Assembly: GCA_028710695.1 (NCBI GenBank)
Contig: JAQTTP010000002.1
Location: 60,001 to 92,000, forward strand
Direction: 5' to 3'
DNA length: 32,000 nucleotides
From: Candidatus Iainarchaeum sp.
Lineage (GTDB): Archaea > Iainarchaeota > Iainarchaeia > Iainarchaeales > 0-14-0-20-30-16
The stretch's first letter is position 1. Each line of letters starts with the position of its first letter. The position numbers and the translations under genes were made by a program. Positions 21,560 to 29,877 of the stretch are shown here, one piece after another. The notes beneath the pieces are model-generated. The model was not told the origin of the DNA, did no database searches, and worked only from the letters and a program-made list of their open reading frames with translations.

Positions 21560-22786
21560 TTATAACCTATATATTGCCTCTGCCAATTTCTTAGAATCAT
21601 GCCTTATAGCCACTCTGTCATTTATTAAATCTGCACAAATGTATTTTTTATCTTGAGTTTGTAAAGGTTCAACAAAGAATTTCTTTTCTGCAGCATAATT
21701 CTTTAGCTTATCCCCAGATACTTTTGTGTTGTTCATCAAAATGTAATCCGGATCAAAATATTTCTTTATTCCTGCAATAAAATCTAATGCTTTAAAACCA
21801 TGAGTTTCTGGGTATTGAGTCATAACATTCATCACATAAACTTTCTTTGCTTTTGACTTCTTTATCTCTTTTACAATATCATTAACCAACAGATTTGGAA
21901 TTACACTTGAATATAAACTTCCAGGCCCAACAACAATTAAATCCGCGTCCTTTATTGCTTCTTTTACTTTTGGATTTAGTTTTGCTTCTTGGTTCAAAAA
22001 AATGTCTTTTATATTCAACCCTTTTGTATCAATTTCGTGCTCTCCAAAATATTTTTGGCCGTCTTTTGAAATTGCAATTACTTCCACATTATCAAGAGTC
22101 ACAGGGAGAACTTTTCCCCTACATCTTAGCAAAGTTTGCATAGTTTCTATTGCTGTCTCAAAATCAGAGTCTTGTGCTAATCTAGTTAATAACAAATTCC
22201 CAATTGTATGCCCTTGCAAAGAAGTATTTTTTCCAAATCTTTTATTAAAAATCATCCTTAAGTCATCCTTAAATGGACTTAAAGCAATAATACAATTTCT
22301 CAAATCCCCCGGTGGCAAAACTCCAAATTCTGTTTTTAATAATTGTGATGATCCTGCAGAATCCATCGTAGTAACAACTGCAGTTATATTGGATGTATGC
22401 TCTTTCAATCCATTCAATAAAGTATATTGTCCTGTTCCCCCGCCAATAGTAACTATTTTTTTACCCTTACTTAATGTAGAGTCTAAATACACATTTTCAA
22501 ATAAGTCTTTATTTGCATTTGAAAAGAATTTGTAAATTTTATATATTGAAAATAAAATTATGATTCCTGCAAGAATAATTAATATTACTGCAATAAATGC
22601 TCTTGCAGAAACATTCAAATCAAGTAAGGCATTAAATTTAGACAAAATTATTGTAGATAGTTTGTTAAAATAAGTCAAGAACCCAATAAAAAATGCAATA
22701 AATACTAAAATCATGCTAAGAACAATACCTATAATCCACAATTTGAGATTAGAAGTTAAAAATAAAGCTTTATTTAACCGATTCAT
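21560..22786 (-). CDS. CofD/YvcK-family (UPF0052) protein with N-terminal transmembrane helices (track start is 22927; the Met at 22786 is preferred)
   Basis: VTIGGGTGQYTLLNGLKEHTSNITAVVTTMDSAGSS, GVLPPGDLRNCIIAL, and GPGSLYSSVIPNLLV. Confidence 0.9.
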   Translation of the reverse strand: MNRLNKALFLTSNLKLWIIGIVLSMILVFIAFFIGFLTYFNKLSTIILSKFNALLDLNVSARAFIAVILIILAGIIILFSIYKIYKFFSNANKDLFENVYLDSTLSKGKKIVTIGGGTGQYTLLNGLKEHTSNITAVVTTMDSAGSSQLLKTEFGVLPPGDLRNCIIALSPFKDDLRMIFNKRFGKNTSLQGHTIGNLLLTRLAQDSDFETAIETMQTLLRCRGKVLPVTLDNVEVIAISKDGQKYFGEHEIDTKGLNIKDIFLNQEAKLNPKVKEAIKDADLIVVGPGSLYSSVIPNLLVNDIVKEIKKSKAKKVYVMNVMTQYPETHGFKALDFIAGIKKYFDPDYILMNNTKVSGDKLKNYAAEKKFFVEPLQTQDKKYICADLINDRVAIRHDSKKLAEAIYRL

Positions 22787-22855
22787 AGAAAATATTAGAC
22801 CTTTAAGATTATAAATTATTCCTATTATCTTATATTTATAAATGGAGGAATAGCT

Positions 22856-24631
22856 ATGGATGTAATCGAAAAAGTGAACTTTGCCAATGAAAAAGATAAA
22901 GAGGTCTATTGGCACACAACTGCACACATACTGGCTGCTGCAGTAAAGAGGTTATATCCAACCACAACCATAGCTATAGGTCCAGCAATAGAAAATGGAT
23001 TCTATTATGATTTTGACAATCTAAACATCATTGAAGAAGATCTAAAAAAAATTGAGGAAGAAATGTCAAAAATAATCAAAGAAAAACTTCCAATGAAAAA
23101 AGAAGTTGTAAGCAAAAAAAAGGCATTAGAAGTCTTCAAAAAAGAAATTTACAAAACAGAACTTATTAACGATTTACCAAAAGATGAAGAAATTTCTTTA
23201 TACCATCTTGGAAAAGAATTTACAGATCTTTGTAGAGGCCCACATCTAGCAAATACAGGAATGATTGGAGAAGTAAAACTTCTTAGCATTGCGGGAGCAT
23301 ACTGGAGAGGAGACGAAAAAAATAAAATGCTAACAAGACTTTATGGAATAAGTTTCCCTGATAAAAAGCAGCTAAGAGTTTATTTAGAATTATTAGAAGA
23401 AGCAAAAAGAAGGGATCACAGAAAACTAGGAAAGAAATTAGATTTATTTGTGTTCTCTGAACTTGTAGGCCCAGGATTACCATTATGGACTCCGACAGGA
23501 AATATTTTCAGAAATGAAATAATTAATTTTTCAAGAGAATTACAAAATGCAATTGGATATCAAGAAGTTCATACTCCACAGATCACAAAAGCAGAATTGT
23601 TTAAAATTTCTGGGCATTACAACAAATATAAGGATGACATGTTTAAAGTAATTTCAAACTACTCTAAAGATGAATACTTCTTGAAACCTATGAATTGCCC
23701 AAACCACACACAAATTTATGCGTCGTTACCAAGAAGCTACAAAGACTTGCCTATAAGATATGCAGATTTTGCAATGCTTTACAGAGATGAAAAACCTGGT
23801 GAACTTTCAGGATTAGCAAGAGTAAGAAGTTTCTCACAAGACGATGGTCACTGCTTTTGTACTCCAGAGCAGATGAAAGAAGAGTTCTTGAATGTTCTAA
23901 AATGTATAAACGCGGCTCTAAAAGTTTATGGATTAAACTATTATGTTAGACTATCCTTAAGAGATGAAAATGCAAAAGAAAAATATTTAGGAAATGATGA
24001 AATCTGGAACAAATCCCAAAAAGCATTAAAAGATCTATTAAAATCAGAAAAGATCTCCTTTGTTGAAGCCCCTGGAGAGGCAGCATTCTACGGCCCAAAG
24101 ATGGATATAATGGCTAAAGATGCTTTGAACAGAGAATGGCAGATTTCCACAATTCAGTTAGATATGAACTTGCCTGAGAGATTTGAACTTAAATACACAG
24201 ACAAAGATAATACTGAAAAAAGGCCAATTATGATACATAGGGCATTAATTGGAAGCCCAGAAAGATTTGGTGCAGTTCTTATTGAGCACTTTGCAGGGAA
24301 GTTCCCTTTGTGGCTAAACCCAAGGCAGATTCTTGTAGTTCCTGTTGCAGAGAACTTCAACAAATATGCACAAGAAGTTTGTGATTCTTTGAAAGCTTAT
24401 GGCCTAAGAGTAGACATTGATCTAAGAGAAATAACAATGAACAAAAAGATCAGAGATGGAGAGATGCTTTACTACAACTACATTTTAGTTGTTGGAGAAA
24501 AAGAAGCAAGCACAAAGAGTGTAAATGCAAGAATCAGAGATACAAAAACACAAAAGACTCTAACTACACAAAATTTTAAAGAAAAGGCATTGGTAGAATA
24601 CAAAAAGAGAGAACTAAAAAGTTCTCTTTAA
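22856..24631 (+). CDS. thrS: threonyl-tRNA synthetase, bacterial type, lacking the N-terminal TGS domain
   Basis: Editing-domain motifs HTTAHILAAAVKRLYP and DLCRGPHLANTG; catalytic-domain motifs MNCPNHTQIY, RVRSFSQDDGHCFCT, MIHRALIGSPERF. Confidence 0.95.
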   Translation: MDVIEKVNFANEKDKEVYWHTTAHILAAAVKRLYPTTTIAIGPAIENGFYYDFDNLNIIEEDLKKIEEEMSKIIKEKLPMKKEVVSKKKALEVFKKEIYKTELINDLPKDEEISLYHLGKEFTDLCRGPHLANTGMIGEVKLLSIAGAYWRGDEKNKMLTRLYGISFPDKKQLRVYLELLEEAKRRDHRKLGKKLDLFVFSELVGPGLPLWTPTGNIFRNEIINFSRELQNAIGYQEVHTPQITKAELFKISGHYNKYKDDMFKVISNYSKDEYFLKPMNCPNHTQIYASLPRSYKDLPIRYADFAMLYRDEKPGELSGLARVRSFSQDDGHCFCTPEQMKEEFLNVLKCINAALKVYGLNYYVRLSLRDENAKEKYLGNDEIWNKSQKALKDLLKSEKISFVEAPGEAAFYGPKMDIMAKDALNREWQISTIQLDMNLPERFELKYTDKDNTEKRPIMIHRALIGSPERFGAVLIEHFAGKFPLWLNPRQILVVPVAENFNKYAQEVCDSLKAYGLRVDIDLREITMNKKIRDGEMLYYNYILVVGEKEASTKSVNARIRDTKTQKTLTTQNFKEKALVEYKKRELKSSL

Positions 24632-24653
24632 TTTTCTTTTTTTATTAATTATT

Positions 24654-25379
24654 TTATACTTTAATTCTATATACTCTGAGTCGCCCGCTTTGTGGATCTA
24701 TTGCTTCAAATGAGTGATATTTCTCAACATTTGCCTTGGGGTCGACATTTTTATTAATTAAAGCTACTCGGTCGCCACCTACTATTGGTATAACCCTTGC
24801 CCCATATTTCTCAAGAACAGGTTCAAAATCTTTTTTAAGAACTGTAATGGCTGACTGTGGATTTTTTCTTTTTGCGGTATAACTTCTAATTGTTCTATCA
24901 AGTAATTTTAAGGCAAGACCTCTATGTCGAAGATTTTGGTCTCTAACTTCTAGGTGAAGGCCTTGGTCTTTATCAATCCAGCAAAAAGCAACCCAAGTTT
25001 CTGTAGGCTGTTCTAATGGGTGGTTTTTCACAAAATGATTTACTTTAAGCACCTGTGCTAGCCCATGATCTGTAGGCGATAATCCGCCTCTTAACACAAA
25101 CAAGCCCCCTTCAGGAGAAGCATAAACCCCTTGAAGATTCATAGGAAGAGGATGAAGTTTATCTTCACGTAGAGGAATTTCAATTTTTTCTCCATTATGA
25201 TAAAAAGGGGCAAATCCACGAGCAACAGCTTCTTTAACTTCTGCCCTTGAAGCAATTTGCAAAGGAGTAAGCATTTCTTTTTTTCCGACTCTAGTCCGCA
25301 CTATATTTCTTCTTTCCAAACGCCTTCGCAATGACATAATTCTTTCTTCTGGTTTTGCTCTTGTACGAATGTATTGCAT
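24654..25379 (-). CDS. hypothetical protein, possibly acetyltransferase-like
   Basis: Open frame of 241 codons. LHLEVRDQNLRHRGLALKLLDRTIRSY is weakly GNAT-like. Confidence 0.65.
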   Translation of the reverse strand: MQYIRTRAKPEERIMSLRRRLERRNIVRTRVGKKEMLTPLQIASRAEVKEAVARGFAPFYHNGEKIEIPLREDKLHPLPMNLQGVYASPEGGLFVLRGGLSPTDHGLAQVLKVNHFVKNHPLEQPTETWVAFCWIDKDQGLHLEVRDQNLRHRGLALKLLDRTIRSYTAKRKNPQSAITVLKKDFEPVLEKYGARVIPIVGGDRVALINKNVDPKANVEKYHSFEAIDPQSGRLRVYRIKV

Positions 25380-25427
25380 TAAAAAATAAAAAGAGAAAAA
25401 GAATAAAAAGACATTAGAATTTTAATT

Positions 25428-25628
25428 TTATTTTTTAGGTTCTAATCTTTTCTTATTAGTGAAATACAATACAACATAAATAATTACTACTGCCACAATT
25501 GGAACTACAATATAATACCACAATGGCTGGAATGCTTTACCTCTCCAGATGTTATCTGCCACTATTTGCACATAAGAACCAACTAGTGCAATAAAACAAG
25601 ATAAATATACAAGCTCAGCTTTGTTCAT
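25428..25628 (-). CDS. small membrane protein (66 aa)
   Basis: Two hydrophobic segments (LVYLSCFIALVGSYVQIVA and WYYIVVPIVAVVIIYVVLYF) and a lysine-rich terminus. Confidence 0.7.
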   Translation of the reverse strand: MNKAELVYLSCFIALVGSYVQIVADNIWRGKAFQPLWYYIVVPIVAVVIIYVVLYFTNKKRLEPKK

Positions 25629-25712
25629 ACTTTTTCACCTCTACTGTGTATAATAGCAAAAGCAGATATTTATTTGTTTTGGTCTGGAAGAAATACAAAA
25701 AAAAGTCAAAGA

Positions 25713-26546
25713 TTATTCAACCGCTCCATGAGTTCTATAAAGGTGATCATTATATTTCATACTTAATGCCTGGTATCGGTGTATTGCATCATGAATATCA
25801 TCTGGTTTTATTCCTAACTCTTTTGCAATAGACTCGGGAGAAAAATTAGTTCTGTGAGAATTATTTAATGCAAGCATTATTGCCAAATCTTTTTCTAATA
25901 TCCGCCTGTCTGCGTGACCTAAAGAAAGGCCATAAAAACGGAAAGGCCCTGAATCAACAGCCTCTGAATTACAGCCATATACTTGTTTATAAATATCAAA
26001 TACTTGTTCTAAATTATTTCGGAAATAGGCTTTTTGCACGCCAATATCAATTAAACCATGACGGGTCTGCAAAAGAGATTTTAATATTGTTATATATCCT
26101 ATAAATCCAGAATATATTTGAACAGCTTCAAAACTAACATACGCCCCCACATTTCTTATATGTGGAATTTCGTGCGCAGGGGAATGTAATGTAGGAAAAG
26201 TTTGTGGGCCTTTAGCATATTCTCTCATTAAATCTGTATGTATCACTTGAAATCCCATTCTTTGTAACTCTGCAGAAAAATGGCCTCCAAATCCAGCAAG
26301 AACTACAAGACGGGTCTTAGGAATTTCGGCTCTAGGAATATTAAAATGATTAAGTAATCCTACACGCAGTTCACGTGCATGGCCTTCAAAATCAAATCTA
26401 AAAGAATGAGTACACAAATGAGGCATTCGAGGGTTAGAAAGTACCCATGCTTTTTTTAAGCCGCTTATATGGCCGCCAATATTATTTCTTATACTCGCAG
26501 AATAATCTTTTATTTCTGCATGAGTATATCTTGGTTTTTCAAACAT
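25713..26546 (-). CDS. hypothetical protein with possible C-terminal helix-turn-helix
   Basis: Long open frame. RLVVLAGFGGHFSAELQRMGFQVIHTDLM resembles a Rossmann strand and loop; SPESIAKELGIKPDDIHDAIHRY resembles HTH. Confidence 0.65.
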   Translation of the reverse strand: MFEKPRYTHAEIKDYSASIRNNIGGHISGLKKAWVLSNPRMPHLCTHSFRFDFEGHARELRVGLLNHFNIPRAEIPKTRLVVLAGFGGHFSAELQRMGFQVIHTDLMREYAKGPQTFPTLHSPAHEIPHIRNVGAYVSFEAVQIYSGFIGYITILKSLLQTRHGLIDIGVQKAYFRNNLEQVFDIYKQVYGCNSEAVDSGPFRFYGLSLGHADRRILEKDLAIMLALNNSHRTNFSPESIAKELGIKPDDIHDAIHRYQALSMKYNDHLYRTHGAVE

Positions 26547-26592
26547 AATAAATATAAAAAGAAAAAATATAAAAAGAAGAGAGTAGAGAAAT

Positions 26593-26814
26593 CTACTCTA
26601 TAAGTTCACCTAATTCTACTGTGTCGTTTGCATCTGCAGAGATTAATACATCATCTACTGTAGAAAGGGCTTCTGTTTCGTCATACTCTGCTTGTCCACT
26701 CAAAGTATCGGAGGTATCTTTTGTTGTGCTGTCTTTGCTCAAAGTAACACCAAGGATTACTCCAACCACTACAAGTACAACAAGGACTACTAATATCGTA
26801 AGGCTCGCTTTCAT
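26593..26814 (-). CDS. small single-pass membrane protein with acidic tail
   Basis: Hydrophobic segment ASLTILVVLVVLVVVGVILGVTL, acidic C-terminus, ATGA overlap with the upstream ORF and a GGAGG-like ribosome-binding site. Confidence 0.7.
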   Translation of the reverse strand: MKASLTILVVLVVLVVVGVILGVTLSKDSTTKDTSDTLSGQAEYDETEALSTVDDVLISADANDTVELGELIE

Positions 26815-27851
26815 TCAGAACCACCCTCCATATTTGAATCTCCAGATCCAACGGAACCATTGGAATCTTCAACGCTATTACTGTCTTCGTCTGAATCTTC
26901 TATTTCTACTTCTACATTTGAGTCTATACTATTACTATCATCAGAAGAGTCGCCTATTTCCATATTTGAGTCTTCTACAGCGTTACTGTCTTCTGTTGAA
27001 TCTGACTCTTCATCATCTTTTCCAAGCCATTTTTCTAACTTGTTTTCTATTTTATTTTTTATTTCTTCTTTCTTTTGCTCAATCTTTTGTTCTAATTCTT
27101 TTTTCAGTTCTTCTTTCTTTTCTTCTATTTTTTGCTTTATTTCTTCTTTTTTGGTTTCTATTTTTTCCTTAATCTCTTTTTTTACTTTCTCTTTATATGT
27201 TTGCCCTTTTGCTTTTACTTCTTTTATTTTCCACATTAATTCTTTTTTCAAATCTTTCTCAAGACCGCCGAACATCTTTGCAATCTCGCTTCTCATTTCA
27301 CCATATGTTGCAGTGCCCGCAGCAATTTCATCTAAAAGACTTTGGTTCTTTATTTCCAAATCCGCAAATAATTTGGATGCTACTTCATAGTTATATTTAT
27401 TTTTATGTTCTTTTATTTCTGCATCTAATTCATCTAATTCTGTTGTGTCTACTTCTTTAAATGCATCTTTAATTGCTTCTTTTTCATCAGAGTTTAAATC
27501 CTTTACATATGTTTTAAACTCTTGTTTCAATTCTAATGCTTTTTCTTTGAATGCAAGGAAATCTTTAACCAAAAACTCTGGCTCTTTTCCATTTACATCA
27601 TATGCAGATACTTCTTCTTTCAAGGCTTTATATTCTGCAATTATTGATGTTGCGTTTTCATCCAGGTATGGCAAGGCCAATTCGCCTATTGCTATTTGTT
27701 TTTCCATTGCTTTTTCTAGCTGTAGCATTCTTACTTCAGCACCATTTGTATTTGTAAAGTTTGTATAAATTTTATCTTCACTAAATGCAAATGATGGTAT
27801 TGCTAATGCTACTACAAAAACCATTGCTAATAATATTGCTTTGTAGTTCAT
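26811..27851 (-). CDS. secreted coiled-coil protein with Ser/Asp/Asn-rich acidic C-terminus (track start is 27872; the ATG at 27851 is preferred)
   Basis: Signal-peptide-like MNYKAILLAMVFVVALAIPSFA, long Lys/Glu helix, then EESDSTEDSNAVEDSNMEIGDSSDDSNS... GGAGGTGG lies immediately upstream of this ATG. Confidence 0.8.
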   Translation of the reverse strand: MNYKAILLAMVFVVALAIPSFAFSEDKIYTNFTNTNGAEVRMLQLEKAMEKQIAIGELALPYLDENATSIIAEYKALKEEVSAYDVNGKEPEFLVKDFLAFKEKALELKQEFKTYVKDLNSDEKEAIKDAFKEVDTTELDELDAEIKEHKNKYNYEVASKLFADLEIKNQSLLDEIAAGTATYGEMRSEIAKMFGGLEKDLKKELMWKIKEVKAKGQTYKEKVKKEIKEKIETKKEEIKQKIEEKKEELKKELEQKIEQKKEEIKNKIENKLEKWLGKDDEESDSTEDSNAVEDSNMEIGDSSDDSNSIDSNVEVEIEDSDEDSNSVEDSNGSVGSGDSNMEGGSE

Positions 27852-27854
27852 CTT

Positions 27855-27926
27855 GAACCACCTCCATAACATACTCTCGGCGGAACTAAATATATGCCTT
27901 CTCCGGAATCACCCGGAACAAGGTGG
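27855..27926 (-). promoter_or_regulatory. candidate 5' leader with hairpin and anti-Shine-Dalgarno segment
   Basis: Plus-strand arms cctt-c-tccgg and ccgga-ac-aagg (27897-27923), and aggtgg (27921-27926) complementary to ccacct (27858-27863), which is the Shine-Dalgarno region of the downstream gene on the minus strand. Confidence 0.35.
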
Positions 27927-28039
27927 AACAAGAAGCATTATAGGACAAGATAAGCAGTAGTTAGGCAGTTTAAAAGCAAAAAGGAAGACAAAACACACCA
28001 ATACAAAGAATATCAGGTTAAACTTTGGCCCTTACAAGC

Positions 28040-28738
28040 TTATTCTTGTAGTACAATAACATTAGACAAGCCCTTGCTTGATTTCTTAATAAGTCCTTTC
28101 TTCTCTAAACTCAAAAGGTTTCTAGATAACGAAGATTTTGGCAGTCCAAGTTCTTGTTGAATCTTATGTTGAGTTATTTGGCCTTTGTTCTTTTTTATCA
28201 GATCCAAGATTTGTTTTTCCCTATCTGTTAAGAAAACTTTTGGCTTTACTTCTTTTTGTGCTGGCTTCGTTCTATATTTTTTATATCCAACATAGCCAAC
28301 AATAGACAAAAGAACTAAAGCACCCACAAGATATGTCCACCAATATGATTTCGAAGCTGAGCTAAAAGAAGAGTATTGTAACTTCATATTCAATTTTGAG
28401 TTTTCTCCAAACCCAGATATTATTATTCTATTGTCTTGTTTTATTTTTTGAAACCCAGAAATATTTAAATAGTTTATTTCTGTATTTTCAGGCATTCTTA
28501 ATTCAAAAACATAAGACAAAAATATTTCATTAGAATCAAAGTTGAATATCCACAAGCCACCATTCTTTGAAGTTAAGTTTGAATTAAGCCCATTTTGTAA
28601 ATCTGGATAATCAGAATATCCTGAAATCAAAACATCACCATTGCTTTGTACATCAAAGATAACATCTGCATAATAAGAAAAAGAAAAGCTTGTCAATAAT
28701 AAAATAAACAATACAAATAACTTTTTCATAAAAATCAT
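28040..28738 (-). CDS. membrane-anchored winged-helix transcriptional regulator with extracytoplasmic N-terminal domain
   Basis: Signal peptide MKKLFVLFILLLTSFSFSYYAD, TM helix WWTYLVGALVLLSIVGYVGYKKY, then wHTH TDREKQILDLIKKNKGQITQHKIQQELGLPKSSLSRNLLSLEKKGLIKK. Confidence 0.85.
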   Translation of the reverse strand: MIFMKKLFVLFILLLTSFSFSYYADVIFDVQSNGDVLISGYSDYPDLQNGLNSNLTSKNGGLWIFNFDSNEIFLSYVFELRMPENTEINYLNISGFQKIKQDNRIIISGFGENSKLNMKLQYSSFSSASKSYWWTYLVGALVLLSIVGYVGYKKYRTKPAQKEVKPKVFLTDREKQILDLIKKNKGQITQHKIQQELGLPKSSLSRNLLSLEKKGLIKKSSKGLSNVIVLQE

Positions 28739-29874
28739 TTTTGTTTTTCCAGTATAGAATCTATTTCTTGCTCTAAAGTTATAAACATATCATAAATAGA
28801 TTCATATCCCTTCCAGCCATTTTGATAAAGATAATAATCATTATCCGTTATTATCTGTTTTATGTAAGATACACTTTCTGGAAAATATTCTCCCTCAACA
28901 TAGTATTCAACATTAAAGGTTGTGGAACCATATTTCATCCTTCCCAAATACTGGCCTGTTTGAGGTTCCACTAATTCTGCCAGATTTAATTTTTCTAGAT
29001 CTAAAAGAGATTCAATTTTTTCTTTTGAAAAAGCAATTACACAATGTCCACCAAAAACATCAGCTTTGTTTGGATCTTTTAAAACACCGCAAACAATATT
29101 AGGATAAATATACCCTGCAATAAGATTGTGTTTTTTTGCATTTGCATAATACCAGGAGTTAGAATTGTCTAAAAAATAATTACCTGAATCAGAAGTTACA
29201 AATGCTTCAACTTTTATTTCTTTTCCAGAACATTTTTCCAGAAGATAATTTATTTCTGCTTTAAACAAAAGAGAAAAATCTTCACAATCTCCACCCTTAT
29301 TCTCTAAAAATTCATCAATAGAAATGAACTTATCAGTTTTTCCCAAGGTAGTATCATCTTTGTATTCCAAACCCATAAATTGCTCATTAACTAAATCTAA
29401 ACACGGCTCCGCAATAGTACAATAACCCGCAGTTGAAGAAATGCATTTTGAATCAAGTTTAGATTTTATTGATTTGCTTTCAAGAGTTGCATTTTCTTTA
29501 AACCAATCCAAAGAGCTTTGTACCTCAATCTTATACCCATTTAGTTCTTCTTTTGCAGAATAAAGCTTATCAGTTAATTCCGCAGATATATCAAGAGCTT
29601 TATTATATTCTAAGTTCAGAGACTTATATTCTTCTACCAGTTCATAATATTTTGTTTGTAGCTCAGAATATTGTGCCAATAATTCTGCATATTGTGTAGA
29701 AAGAGCATTAAAATCCCCTACTAGAGAGTTATACTTAAATTCAAGAAGATTATAATTGCCTACTAAAACATCATAATCAGATGATTTTAAAGAATACAGA
29801 ATTGCAAAAAAGGCAATTAATAATATTGTAACTGCAAACATTACTGGAATTAATATTTTAAGATATTTTTTCAT
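28735..29874 (-). CDS. membrane-anchored coiled-coil protein with transglutaminase-like domain
   Basis: N-terminal TM helix, heptad-like Tyr/Leu repeats, then GGDCEDFSLLFKAEI (Cys) and GGHCVIAF (His). Confidence 0.78.
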   Translation of the reverse strand: MKKYLKILIPVMFAVTILLIAFFAILYSLKSSDYDVLVGNYNLLEFKYNSLVGDFNALSTQYAELLAQYSELQTKYYELVEEYKSLNLEYNKALDISAELTDKLYSAKEELNGYKIEVQSSLDWFKENATLESKSIKSKLDSKCISSTAGYCTIAEPCLDLVNEQFMGLEYKDDTTLGKTDKFISIDEFLENKGGDCEDFSLLFKAEINYLLEKCSGKEIKVEAFVTSDSGNYFLDNSNSWYYANAKKHNLIAGYIYPNIVCGVLKDPNKADVFGGHCVIAFSKEKIESLLDLEKLNLAELVEPQTGQYLGRMKYGSTTFNVEYYVEGEYFPESVSYIKQIITDNDYYLYQNGWKGYESIYDMFITLEQEIDSILEKQK

Positions 29875-29877
29875 AGT

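Noticed and set aside
27181-27240. Simple repeat cttcttttt-type tract as a regulatory repeat
   Set aside because: It is fully explained by the Lys/Glu-rich coiled-coil coding sequence on the minus strand.
26860-27460. Ser/Phe/Leu-rich plus-strand ORFs (26860..27390, 27197..27460)
   Set aside because: They are the reverse-complement shadow of the Lys/Glu coiled-coil and Asp/Ser tail, with no independent coding support.
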